The notes under the pieces are model-generated. The model was given only the letters and a program-made list of their open reading frames with translations. It did not search any database and was not told where the DNA came from. The translations under genes were made by a program, and so were the position numbers. A stretch of 64,000 nucleotides of DNA, taken from contig JAVZPM010000001.1 in assembly GCA_038881595.1 (NCBI GenBank), positions 19,562 through 83,561 of the forward strand, in the 5' to 3' direction. The stretch's first letter is position 1, and every line of letters begins with the position of its first letter. Of the stretch, positions 19,575 to 29,167 are shown in pieces. This stretch comes from Candidatus Micrarchaeia archaeon (lineage in GTDB: Archaea; Micrarchaeota; Micrarchaeia; CABMEP01).

Positions 19575-20216
19575 TTATCTTATCAAAGCTATATCCTTTG
19601 ATTGAACATAAAGAAAGGATCTATTGCTAAACTTTTTGACGGAACCAACGACATAGACATAGTCGCCTTCAGTAAGAAAGATGGGGATCGTGCCTTGTGA
19701 AACTATGATATTTATACATTCAGAATTCTTCTTGACTTGCGAATCACATAACTTAAAGTTGTTTGAATTTATATCAAAAACAAATCCAGCTACTTTGACA
19801 TATGCACCATCATGTATGGAACTAATTCCAGATACAGATATAATTTTTGGAGAAATGAACATTGATAGAATAAAAAGAGATAATATGCCGATTATAGAGA
19901 AGATAATTGAAATATTTAGAAGGTTTTCTCTTGATACAGAAGGAATTTTTAGGAAAATGTTGTATTTTGATTCTCTTTTATTAAGATCTTTTGAATGTTG
20001 TTTTTCTGAACGCTGAGTTTTTTTAGAATGTTCATTCAAAGAAAATTTGTTAGATAGGATACTAGATAAGAATCTTTCTAGATTCCTTCTAAATGTAAAC
20101 ACTTTTCTTGAAATCGCATCCATTGCCATAAAAACACAAAAGATATGATAAACACATAATAAAATATTTGTTATTGCGTTTTTCTTTGCTATACTTATTG
20201 ATTTAATTTTCCTCAT
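19575..20216 (-). CDS. Membrane-anchored protein with C-terminal OB-fold-like domain
   Basis: TM helix followed by AYVKVAGFVFDINSNNF ... YVYVVGSVKKF (tRNA_anti/OB-like). The true start is uncertain, possibly an internal Met. Confidence 0.4.
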   Translation of the reverse strand: MRKIKSISIAKKNAITNILLCVYHIFCVFMAMDAISRKVFTFRRNLERFLSSILSNKFSLNEHSKKTQRSEKQHSKDLNKRESKYNIFLKIPSVSRENLLNISIIFSIIGILSLFILSMFISPKIISVSGISSIHDGAYVKVAGFVFDINSNNFKLCDSQVKKNSECINIIVSQGTIPIFLTEGDYVYVVGSVKKFSNRSFLYVQSKDIALIR

Positions 20217-21174
20217 AAGAGGAAGCGACTATGTATGCAAGCAAAGCCTCTAGCTGTATCCTTTCATTTGCCCCTTCTGTTATTCTAAAATCGAATTCTC
20301 CAACTCTGTCTACTAATTTAACCTTCTGCTGTATAGACAATGCCTTTCTATTTATTATATCCTTATGGATTGCTGCCAGTATGTCCTGGCCGTTTATTCC
20401 ATGATTTATAAGAAGATCGTAAAGAATTGTCCTTGCCTCATTAAACTTGCCTGCAAACGCATAATCTAACATACGACCTATATCCATGGGCCTTGCAGTT
20501 GCAACAAAAGAATATACTGAATTCTCATCTATGTCTTTTGATGTTAACGAAATTGATTGAAGAATATTTATCGCCTTTCTCATGTCTCCTTCTGACACAT
20601 CAATCAATGCGTCATTAGCCTTATCACTTAAATTCAATCCTTCTGCTTCAGCTATCTTGGCAACTGCTTTTTTAATTTCTTCTTTTGAAAGAGGCTTGAA
20701 CCTGAATACTGCACATCTGCTTTGAATAGGCTCGATTATCTTTCCAGACCAGTTGCAGCTCAGGATAAAACGTGTTGTAGATGAATACATTTCCATGGTC
20801 CTTCTTAATGCCTGCTGAGCTTCCGGTGTCAATGCATCAGCCTCATCAAGAAATATTATCTTAAATGGAACGCCGCTTATTGGAGCTGTCCTTGCAAAAT
20901 CTTTTATCTGACCTCTAACTACATCTATTCCTCTAGCATCGCTTGCGTTTAATTCAAGAATATTGTGTCTGTAGTCATCTCCGTAAAGTTCTCGTGCCAA
21001 TGCCAATGCGCATGTAGTTTTTCCTGTGCCTGCTGGTCCAGCAAATAAAAGATGAGGCATATTGTATGTCTTTGCATACTCTGAAAGCTTTGAAACTACC
21101 TCTGTCTGTCCCACTATATCTGAAAGCTTCTTAGGCCTATACAACTCAACCCAAGGAATATATTTTTCTTCCAT
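20203..21174 (-). CDS. rfcS: Replication factor C small subunit
   Basis: MEEKYIPWVELYRPKKLSDIVGQ, Walker A FAGPAGTGKTT, DEAD-like IIFLDEADALT, SRC motif. Start moved to the internal Met MEEKY, because the ORF-track start at 21243 adds a non-conserved extension. Confidence 0.9.
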   Translation of the reverse strand: MEEKYIPWVELYRPKKLSDIVGQTEVVSKLSEYAKTYNMPHLLFAGPAGTGKTTCALALARELYGDDYRHNILELNASDARGIDVVRGQIKDFARTAPISGVPFKIIFLDEADALTPEAQQALRRTMEMYSSTTRFILSCNWSGKIIEPIQSRCAVFRFKPLSKEEIKKAVAKIAEAEGLNLSDKANDALIDVSEGDMRKAINILQSISLTSKDIDENSVYSFVATARPMDIGRMLDYAFAGKFNEARTILYDLLINHGINGQDILAAIHKDIINRKALSIQQKVKLVDRVGEFDFRITEGANERIQLEALLAYIVASSYEEN

Positions 21175-21300
21175 AAAACCACAAATAATAGAGATATAAT
21201 TCCATAAGTAATAATATTCTTTAACTCTTTTTAACCCACACAATAGATATATAATATAAAAATACTTAAATAAGTTTTGGACATATAATTAATCTAGAAT

Positions 21301-21660
21301 GTGCTAATTCTAAGCATATTTAGGGATGAGAAAATGAGATTTATGCTGCTTTCACTAAACATCATAATAATGGTTGCACTAGGAGTTTATTTATTAAATA
21401 TATTTTCAGTAAATGAATTAGGAATAAATGGAATTGGCTTAATAGTTATCTCTTCATTAGCAATCACAATGTTTGCAAATTATTTAATAGAAGAGAGATA
21501 TGTATCTAACCCATTATTTTTCATCTTGCCTGGGCTTGCTGCTTCCGTAATTTCTGTATTGGCTACAAAGGGATTATCTATAATTACAATAATAGCAATA
21601 CTTTTCATAGTACCTGGTTTAGTTATGTTAATAAGAGATAAATCTAAAAGCAAGGAATAA
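21301..21660 (+). CDS. Small membrane protein (3-4 TM)
   Basis: 119-aa hydrophobic ORF upstream of ileS. Confidence 0.4.
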   Translation: MLILSIFRDEKMRFMLLSLNIIIMVALGVYLLNIFSVNELGINGIGLIVISSLAITMFANYLIEERYVSNPLFFILPGLAASVISVLATKGLSIITIIAILFIVPGLVMLIRDKSKSKE

Positions 21661-21673
21661 AACAAGTGGTTTT

Positions 21674-24652
21674 ATGACAACAGATAATGAAAGCAAAATA
21701 TTGGAATTTTGGAATGAGAATAATATTTATAAGAAGGCAAAGGAAATCAGAAAAAATGGAAAGAAGTTTTATCTATGTGATGGACCACCTTTTGCAACTG
21801 GAGGAATACATATAGGTACTGCATGGAATAAGGCATTGAAGGATGCATTCTGCAGATATAAAATGCTTCAAGGTTATGATGTTTATGTTAGAGCTGGATA
21901 TGACACACATGGATTGCCAATAGAAACACAAGTTGAAAAGGAATTAGGTATAAAGGAAAAGAAAGAAATAGAAAATAAGGTGGGGATAGACAAATTCGTT
22001 AAGAGATGCAAGGAATTATGCGAGAGATACATAAAACTAATGAACGAGCAGTTCATAAGGCTTGGAGTGTGGATGGATTTTGATGATCCGTATATAACAT
22101 ACAAGAATGAATATATTGAAAAGAGTTGGAAGACATTCAAAACCGCATATGAAAAAGGCCTGCTTTACAATGATCTTAGAGTTAACGCTCACTGTCCACG
22201 ATGTCAGACAACCATGGCAAACTACGAATTAGAATATCATGAAATGGTTGATCCTTCAATATTCGTAAAATTCAAGGTTGTTGGAAAAGAAAACACCTAT
22301 CTTGTCATATGGACAACCACTCCATGGACTTTGGTAAGTAATATTGCAGTGATGGCAAATCCTTTGATAAAATATGTAGTTGCAAAGGTAGGGGATGAGG
22401 AATGGATTTTTGCAAAGGACAGACTCCAGGCAGTTGAAGAGGCTGCTGGTGAATCATTCATTATTACACGTGAATTTAGCGGAAAAGAGCTTGTAGATTA
22501 CAAATATGAACATCCTTTAAAAGAAGAAACTGGAAGAATCAATCCACAGCCTGTTGTAATGAGTGATGAATTCGTAACAACTGAAGATGGAAGTGGATTG
22601 GTGCATTGTGCTCCTGGACATGGACCTGAAGACTACATAATAGGAAAAAGATATGGACTTGAGATTTTCTGTCCAGTTGGATCTGATGGAAAGTATACTG
22701 AAGAGGCTGGAATATTTAAAGGAAAGAACGTACTTGAAGTTAATGACGAGATAATTAAAATTCTAAAAGAAAAAGGAAGCTTAATCCAGGCAGGAAAGAT
22801 AAGACACAGCTATCCTTGCTGCTGGAGATGCAAGACAAAACTCATTCATCTCTCATCAAAGCAGTGGTTCATTAAGATAACAGAAGAAAAAGAAAAAATG
22901 TTGTCAGAACTTACAAAGGTTGTCTGGATGCCTGACTTTGCAGGAAAGTGGATGAGTAATTTCGTAGAGGATGCAAAGGACTGGTGCGTATCCAGACAGA
23001 GATACTGGGGAATACCGTTGCCAATATGGAAATGTGAAAACCCTGAATGTAACGAGCTCAAGGTGATAGGATCTGCAACTGAGCTCGGACAAAATCTCAA
23101 GGATTATCACAGGCCGGAAATAGATAAAATAGAGTTTGAGTGTCCTAAATGCAAATCAAAAATGAAAAGAGTGCCGGATGTATTAGATGTCTGGTTTGAT
23201 TCTGGTAATGCAATCTGGGCAGGATTGAGAAATGGAGAAGAAAATTACTATCCCTCAGATATGATCATAGAAGGAAAGGATCAGATAAGAGGATGGTTCT
23301 ACTCATTACTGGGTTCAGGAGTGGTTTTAAATAATGAAATTCCTTACGAATCACTGATAATGCATGGATATGTGGTTGATGAAAAAGGAAACGCAATGCA
23401 CAAGTCATTAGGAAACTATGTTCCCTGGGAAGAAGTAATATCAAAATATCCTGCAGATGCAGTAAGGTTGATGGCGCTCAGCAATACAACATGGGATGAC
23501 CTCAAGTTTAATTGGAATGAAATGAATGAGGCAAAGAATGAATTAATGATAATAAACAACATGGCTACATTTATAGAAAGATTTTACAAACCTATAGAGA
23601 AAAGGCAAGAAAGCACGATGGTAGAAGATTTATGGTTGGAATCAAAAACAAATTCTCTGATAAAAGAAGTAACAGAACATATGGAGAAAGGAGAGAGCTT
23701 CCTTGCTCTAAGAAAGATAAGGAACTTCCTTATTCAGGATGTAAGCAGGTTCTACATGAAACTGATAAAGAAAAGAGAGGACATATCCTGTCTCTACGAT
23801 TCTTTCTTCAAGGCAATTCTTCTTGCAAGTCCATTCATACCATTCACTGCTGAATCCATCTACCAAAGAATATATGCAAAAGACAAGAAAGAAAAAAGTA
23901 TATTCTTCCATGAATGGCCAAAGGTAGAAGAAAATAAGATAGATAAAGAACTTGAAAACCAAATAGAGATAGCTAAAGAGATGGCTGAAATCTGTAATTC
24001 AATGAGGGCTTCTGCAAACGTAAAGCTGAGATGGCCTCTGGAAGAAGCAGTGATAGTAAGCAGGAGCATAGAAACTGCAAATGCAATAAAGAATGTTGAC
24101 AAAATAATAAGAATGCTTGCAAACCTTAAGCACGTTAAAATTGACGATAAAACAAGGTTTGCAATTTCGAATGACATACAAAACGAACTAGACCAAAAAG
24201 CAATAGAAAAGATAACTGAGCTGAAATCTAAAGACGAAGCCGCCTTCCTAAAAGGCATGATTGAGATTGGAGAAAAGAAAATTGATTTCAGCAAGTACAT
24301 AACAATCGATGGAGCAGAAAAAATGAAGGAATATCAGATTAAGCCTTCACCTTACGGAGTTATATTGCTAAAGACAACGGTAGATAAAGAACTAAGAGCT
24401 GAAGGAATAATGAGCGAAGTGAGGAGAAGAATCCAATCAATGAGGAAAGAAATGAATCTGATTGAAAAAGATAAAATAGAGGTATATATCAAGGGATCGG
24501 ACGATATGGAAACGCTTATCAAAGAACACAGCACTCAGATACTGGGAGAAATCAATGCAAATGAAATCAAAATCGGAACTGGTGGAAAACTGAAAAGGAG
24601 CTGGGACATAGAAGACGAAAAAGTAACGATTGGAATAACCCAAATTGAATGA
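21674..24652 (+). CDS. ileS: Isoleucyl-tRNA synthetase
   Basis: HIGH-region PPFATGGIHIGTAW, IleRS-specific WCVSRQRYWGIPLP, KMSKS-like HKSLGN. 992 aa. Confidence 0.95.
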   Translation: MTTDNESKILEFWNENNIYKKAKEIRKNGKKFYLCDGPPFATGGIHIGTAWNKALKDAFCRYKMLQGYDVYVRAGYDTHGLPIETQVEKELGIKEKKEIENKVGIDKFVKRCKELCERYIKLMNEQFIRLGVWMDFDDPYITYKNEYIEKSWKTFKTAYEKGLLYNDLRVNAHCPRCQTTMANYELEYHEMVDPSIFVKFKVVGKENTYLVIWTTTPWTLVSNIAVMANPLIKYVVAKVGDEEWIFAKDRLQAVEEAAGESFIITREFSGKELVDYKYEHPLKEETGRINPQPVVMSDEFVTTEDGSGLVHCAPGHGPEDYIIGKRYGLEIFCPVGSDGKYTEEAGIFKGKNVLEVNDEIIKILKEKGSLIQAGKIRHSYPCCWRCKTKLIHLSSKQWFIKITEEKEKMLSELTKVVWMPDFAGKWMSNFVEDAKDWCVSRQRYWGIPLPIWKCENPECNELKVIGSATELGQNLKDYHRPEIDKIEFECPKCKSKMKRVPDVLDVWFDSGNAIWAGLRNGEENYYPSDMIIEGKDQIRGWFYSLLGSGVVLNNEIPYESLIMHGYVVDEKGNAMHKSLGNYVPWEEVISKYPADAVRLMALSNTTWDDLKFNWNEMNEAKNELMIINNMATFIERFYKPIEKRQESTMVEDLWLESKTNSLIKEVTEHMEKGESFLALRKIRNFLIQDVSRFYMKLIKKREDISCLYDSFFKAILLASPFIPFTAESIYQRIYAKDKKEKSIFFHEWPKVEENKIDKELENQIEIAKEMAEICNSMRASANVKLRWPLEEAVIVSRSIETANAIKNVDKIIRMLANLKHVKIDDKTRFAISNDIQNELDQKAIEKITELKSKDEAAFLKGMIEIGEKKIDFSKYITIDGAEKMKEYQIKPSPYGVILLKTTVDKELRAEGIMSEVRRRIQSMRKEMNLIEKDKIEVYIKGSDDMETLIKEHSTQILGEINANEIKIGTGGKLKRSWDIEDEKVTIGITQIE

Positions 24653-24702
24653 AGATGCACGTGAATGGTGCTGTGAAATGAAGTAAAATAATTTTCATTA
24701 CT

Positions 24703-24709
24703 TTTTTTA
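24703..24709 (+). terminator. Oligo-T tract downstream of ileS (archaeal-type terminator candidate)
   Basis: TTTTTTT run 50 nt after the ileS stop. Confidence 0.3.
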
Positions 24710-24721
24710 TTATGTGATTCA

Positions 24722-25597
24722 ATGAAGATAGGTTATCCATGCATAAACAACAGTATTGGTTGTACTGCTAATTCCACATTTAGGCTTGCAAATTATTCAG
24801 AAGAAAACATGAAGGAAAAGATATCCAACAATCTTTCCTGCCTTAAAAAAATACTGGAATATAATGTAAAAAATGAATTGCTTTTTTTCAGAATAAGTTC
24901 AGATATTGTGCCGTTTGCTAGCCACCCGATATGTAAATTTGATTGGCAGAAATATTTTTCAAAAGAATTTAAAGCGATTGGAAAATATATCAAAGAAAAA
25001 AACATTAGAATATCAATGCATCCTGATCAATTTGTCTTGATAAATGCAAAGGACAAAAGAATAATAGAAAGCAGCATTAGAGAATTGAATTATCATTGTG
25101 ATGTACTTGACCTAATGGGGCTTGATAGTACTGCAAAAGTGCAAATACATGTCGGAGGCGTATATGGAAATAAGGAAGAATCTATTCAAAGATTCATTGA
25201 AAACTACAAAAAATTACCGAATAAAATAAAGAAAAGGCTTGTTATAGAGAACGATGAAAGAAATTATTCTTTAAAGGATTGCGTTGCTATATATCAAGAG
25301 ACAGGAATTCCTGTTCTTTTTGACTCTTTCCACCATCTCTGTTTTAACAACGGTGAAACAAGAAGAAAAGGTGTAGAAATTGCAATGGAAACTTGGAAGG
25401 AAAAAGATGGAATATTAATGACAGATTATAGTTCACAAGAAAAAAATGCAAAGATAGGAACTCACGCTAGGCACATAGATATAAATGACTTTAAAAGATA
25501 TATAGAAGAAACAAAAAACTTAGATTTTGATATAATGTTAGAAATAAAAGATAAAGAAAAAAGTGCGCTAAAAGCAAAAAAATTGATCTATTATTAA
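24722..25597 (+). CDS. uvdE: UV damage endonuclease UvdE
   Basis: MKIGYPCIN ... FRLANYS ... FFRISSDIVPFASHP ... KVQIHVGG ... LVIENDERNYS ... FDSFHH match UvdE/TIM-barrel conserved blocks. Confidence 0.85.
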   Translation: MKIGYPCINNSIGCTANSTFRLANYSEENMKEKISNNLSCLKKILEYNVKNELLFFRISSDIVPFASHPICKFDWQKYFSKEFKAIGKYIKEKNIRISMHPDQFVLINAKDKRIIESSIRELNYHCDVLDLMGLDSTAKVQIHVGGVYGNKEESIQRFIENYKKLPNKIKKRLVIENDERNYSLKDCVAIYQETGIPVLFDSFHHLCFNNGETRRKGVEIAMETWKEKDGILMTDYSSQEKNAKIGTHARHIDINDFKRYIEETKNLDFDIMLEIKDKEKSALKAKKLIYY

Positions 25598-25604
25598 TTA
25601 ATTC

Positions 25605-25784
25605 TTACATTGACTTGAATTTGCTTCTCTTTTCCATATCTCCCCAGCAATCCTTGCAGATCACTACGTGCTTATTCTTCTGTGGTCTTTTCGAGGACTT
25701 TGTGCAATCCTGGCATATCTTTCTTCCACAGAATGGATCTAATTCAGCATAGTGTACTTCTTTTTTGCATCTTTCACAAAGCAT
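25605..25784 (-). CDS. Small zinc-ribbon protein (59 aa), not in ORF track
   Basis: Reverse-strand translation MLCERCKKEVHYAELDPFCGRKICQDCTKSSKRPQKNKHVVICKDCWGDMEKRSKFKSM. It carries CxxC ... CxxC ... CxxC motifs and falls below the 60-aa cutoff. Confidence 0.4.
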   Translation of the reverse strand: MLCERCKKEVHYAELDPFCGRKICQDCTKSSKRPQKNKHVVICKDCWGDMEKRSKFKSM

Positions 25785-25929
25785 TTAATCACCATTAATC
25801 GAGCATATCCATCTTTACGTTTATATTAGATAAAAAGATAAGAATATATAGTAAGATGAAATTATAAAACCTTTGTTTTGATGGTTTTAATCGCAATTAA
25901 ATCTTAAAGACCCATCATTTTTATATTTT

Positions 25930-26685
25930 GTGTATCATATAACTATCACTATAATAGACTCTGTTTTCTCCTATCAAGAAACTAAGGCGACCATTATGAA
26001 AGAAATCTCAAAGATAGCTAAGTCATTCACATGCGAATGCGGAACAGTCAATAAGTTTGAATTCGAAACAGATTTCGATGTCCATGATATAAGAATGGCG
26101 GTAAAGTGCCAAGCGTGCGGAAGGGAAAGAACAATAGAGTTGATGAATTTCTTCAGAAAACATCCAACATTCATACAGCCAATAATTCAATCTGAATATC
26201 CAAACCAAAATGTTGATGTTGTTGATCCCGTAGCACAGCAAAATCAATTTCTAGCAAACATAGCCCAAAATCAACAAGATAATCAGGCTCAGTCAATTTC
26301 CAATGATGCATTTTCTGAAGCAATGCCATTGGGTATTCTGCAGGAAAACCAATCTAATAATCAATCCAGTCCAATGAATATGTTCGATTCTGATAGTGCA
26401 GCGGATATATTGGGCAACAAACCTAGCGATCCTTCAATTAAGCAGGTTGATGCTCAAGAAAAACCAGCTCAAAGCATATACGCTGGGCTTTTGGACCTAA
26501 ATTTGATTAAAGAAGATGATGGAATATATGAACCATTTAAAAAGGAAGAACCCAATTATGGAAATGAGATCCCTAGTAATGGAATAATAATTGATAATCA
26601 AGAAAATGTAGTTGGAAAATATAGAGAAAAAAGTAAAGAAAAAGACGACGAAGAAACATTCTCTGCCTTGTTTGGTAACCTTTAA
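25930..26685 (+). CDS. Zn-ribbon protein with Gln/Asn-rich low-complexity C-terminal half
   Basis: CECG ... CQACG zinc ribbon near the N-terminus, then a Q/N/D-rich region. The start is possibly the internal MKEISKI. Confidence 0.45.
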   Translation: MYHITITIIDSVFSYQETKATIMKEISKIAKSFTCECGTVNKFEFETDFDVHDIRMAVKCQACGRERTIELMNFFRKHPTFIQPIIQSEYPNQNVDVVDPVAQQNQFLANIAQNQQDNQAQSISNDAFSEAMPLGILQENQSNNQSSPMNMFDSDSAADILGNKPSDPSIKQVDAQEKPAQSIYAGLLDLNLIKEDDGIYEPFKKEEPNYGNEIPSNGIIIDNQENVVGKYREKSKEKDDEETFSALFGNL

Positions 26686-27013
26686 ACAATATCACTCTGA
26701 AGAAATCCTCTAAATTATTATTAATGTAAATTATTGATGATCATGCCGATAGGCAAAGTTATATGCCAGAATATGCAAGAGGCAGGATGAATTATATATT
26801 AATTTCCATTTAGTAAAGAACATAGGATTTCTACAAGCCCAATAAAGTAACATTTAAATATAAATAAACTATATTATTATAATATAAAGAAAAACCATAT
26901 TATATGATAATAAAGAACTTAAATCGAGTAATCATTAGAAACCAATACAAGGCTTGTTTTAAGATGATGTATAGATATTACAAATATTAATTGATTCTTA
27001 CTTATTAATTAAT

Positions 27014-27021
27014 AAGGAGGT
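27014..27021 (+). promoter_or_regulatory. Strong Shine-Dalgarno-like site (AAGGAGGTG)
   Basis: AAGGAGGTG sits 7-8 nt upstream of the ATG at 27029. Confidence 0.3.
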
Positions 27022-27028
27022 GAAAGCT

Positions 27029-27241
27029 ATGTCCAACATAAATAAAAAACAACCTACAAAATGTCCATACTTTAGTAATAAATTAATAATAAATACTTTA
27101 GGACTTAAAAGAAATGGGAAAGTTATAAATGAATTTTACTATAAGTGTACATTAACTGAAGATATTATGTGTGAGAGAAGTACAAATTTATTGTTTCCTT
27201 TACTAGGAAGTAAAAGAATTTGCATTATAAAAGAAAGATAA
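27029..27241 (+). CDS. Small Cys-containing hypothetical protein (70 aa)
   Basis: ATG preceded by a canonical SD. It is the only ORF in the ~870-nt non-coding stretch flanking the CRISPR array. It has four Cys. Confidence 0.3.
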   Translation: MSNINKKQPTKCPYFSNKLIINTLGLKRNGKVINEFYYKCTLTEDIMCERSTNLLFPLLGSKRICIIKER

Positions 27242-27558
27242 TAGATCTTTAAAATTAAATAACCATTCTTTTCTATATTTTTTCTAATTTTAAACCTTAC
27301 TGAATATTGATATGAATGAATCTGCAATTCTCTCTAATATACAAGAGAGATTCCCATCTTCTGGCTTCTTTATTTTTTTACTAAGTTCTTGTTTACCATT
27401 ATAGCTGTGTATCGTTCATCTGATGTAAACTTTCGTATTTGAGAATCTCTAATTTTTACTGATTTAAATCATTCAATTGACTAATCGTTTAATTAAAAAG
27501 TTAACAAGAATATTGTATAATTTTATCTATCTATTTAGTCTCCTATTTTTATTCTTAG

Positions 27559-28797
27559 TTCTCACATCCATCATTGTATGATTTTAGACGAAGCGTATTG
27601 TTATTTGCTTAATTTGAATAATTTCGAGTTCACATCCATCATTGTATGATTTTAGACATTCTGAATAACTTCTATCATCTTTTCTTTAAGCGCGTTCACA
27701 TCCATCATTGTATGATTTTAGACAATTTTAATCATTATCAATCAGGTCAATATTCTAGTTGTTCACATCCATCATTGTATGATTTTAGACTATGTGATCT
27801 GCTCGCTTAACGGCTTTCCTTCTGCGGGTTCACATCCATCATTGTATGATTTTAGACGCACTCTCTCTAAAGAGCAGAAGTTTGCAGGTGATGGTTCACA
27901 TCCATCATTGTATGATTTTAGACGATCCATTTCTCCACTCAAATCCATTCGCCTCGCCTGATCGTTCACATCCATCATTGTATGATTTTAGACTTGACGC
28001 CTTAGGATATTCATTGTGTCGACCTCTGTTGTTCACATCCATCATTGTATGATTTTAGACTTGCTGTATTTCTTCTAAATAAGACATTTTACAAGCGTTC
28101 ACATCCATCATTGTATGATTTTAGACTTTTATTCCACATCCTCATTTGACCGCCCTCTCTAAAAAGTTCACATCCATCATTGTATGATTTTAGACCCATC
28201 CGTCTTTAAGATTAAACACTTTCTCATTCCTGTTCACATCCATCATTGTATGATTTTAGACAACTGACGTTATCTTTTCTGCTATCAGATATAAAGTGTT
28301 CACATCCATCATTGTATGATTTTAGACTCTCTCATAACTGATGGGTAAAGACTATTAAAATCGGTTCACATCCATCATTGTATGATTTTAGACAAGCATT
28401 AGGACTTAACTCTTCCCACATGTTATCAAGTTCACATCCATCATTGTATGATTTTAGACGAACCTCAGAAAAACGAAAACCACTGCAAAGGATAGTCTTG
28501 TTCACATCCATCATTGTATGATTTTAGACAATTGAGTTTGAGGGATTGATTGCGCAACTTGAGTAGTTCACATCCATCATTGTATGATTTTAGACCCGGT
28601 TGCATCACCTGTATTATCAGTGTTCCAATCATTCTGTTCACATCCATCATTGTATGATTTTAGACGTTTCCTTGTATAGAAGATATTTGTGAGTTGATTG
28701 GGTTCACATCCATCATTGTATGATTTTAGACATGAGATTTCTGTGCTTAAAAAGCTTAAATTAGCTCGTTCACATCCATCATTGTATGATTTTAGAC
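27559..28797 (-). CRISPR. CRISPR array, 19 repeats and 18 spacers; repeat (+ strand) GTTCACATCCATCATTGTATGATTTTAGAC, 30 nt; spacers 36-40 nt
   Basis: Repeats start at 27559 (degenerate 5' part), 27628, 27694, 27761, 27828, 27894, 27964, 28031, 28097, 28166, 28232, 28298, 28364, 28430, 28500, 28566, 28636, 28702 and 28768. Repeats 2-19 are identical. The repeat has an internal ATCAT-TGT-ATGAT hairpin. The array lies downstream of cas2 on the minus strand. Confidence 0.97.
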
Positions 28798-28902
28798 CTG
28801 AAACTACATCGAATAAGAATTTTAATTAATTATTATAATTTTAATACAAATTAACTTTTTTTAAAGTATTTAAAAAGGTTTGTAACACTGTCTATACTAG
28901 AT
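28798..28902 (-). promoter_or_regulatory. Putative CRISPR leader (AT-rich) between cas2 and first repeat
   Basis: 105-nt AT-rich segment between the cas2 stop and the intact terminal repeat. The degenerate repeat is at the opposite end. Confidence 0.4.
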
Positions 28903-29166
28903 TTAAATAATATTAGATCTTTCTATATTTCTGCCAAAAACTAAATTTCTAATATTCGAGTATATTGGAACAATGAAAACCACTACTGAATCGTTTCCCT
29001 CATAATCGAAATCCTTTAGAAATAATTCAATTTCTTTCAATTGTGAAGGATTTAAATTTCCATGGAAAACTGAAAATTGAATGTGATTTAGAAATCTCCT
29101 CAAAAAATTTCTTATTTTAAGTTGCTTTTTTACTTCGGTTATATCATAAACAACAATTACATACAT
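28903..29166 (-). CDS. cas2: CRISPR-associated endoribonuclease Cas2
   Basis: MYVIVVYDITEVKK ... N-terminus typical of Cas2. 87 aa, directly after cas1. Confidence 0.9.
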   Translation of the reverse strand: MYVIVVYDITEVKKQLKIRNFLRRFLNHIQFSVFHGNLNPSQLKEIELFLKDFDYEGNDSVVVFIVPIYSNIRNLVFGRNIERSNII

Positions 29167-29167
29167 T

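Noticed and set aside
21883-24643. Multiple 60-146-aa antisense ORFs within ileS
   Set aside because: All lie inside a 992-aa IleRS with intact class I synthetase motifs. There are no independent start signals.
26730-26800. TGATGA box-C-like motif suggesting a C/D box sRNA in the array-distal non-coding region
   Set aside because: No CUGA box D follows within the next ~70 nt. A second GGATGAA is also not followed by CUGA.
27779-28650. ORF-track entries 27779-27961, 27790-27978, 27846-28052, 28332-28514 and 28465-28650 with recurring LKSYNDGCE / SLYDFR peptides
   Set aside because: They are translations of the 30-nt CRISPR repeat in different frames. The periodic peptide repeats coincide exactly with the repeat copies.
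27590-28767. Self-targeting spacers, and shared 9-mer CTCTCTAAA between spacers 5 and 9
   Set aside because: No spacer match to the window could be verified by eye. The 9-mer is too short to be meaningful. This needs a computed search.
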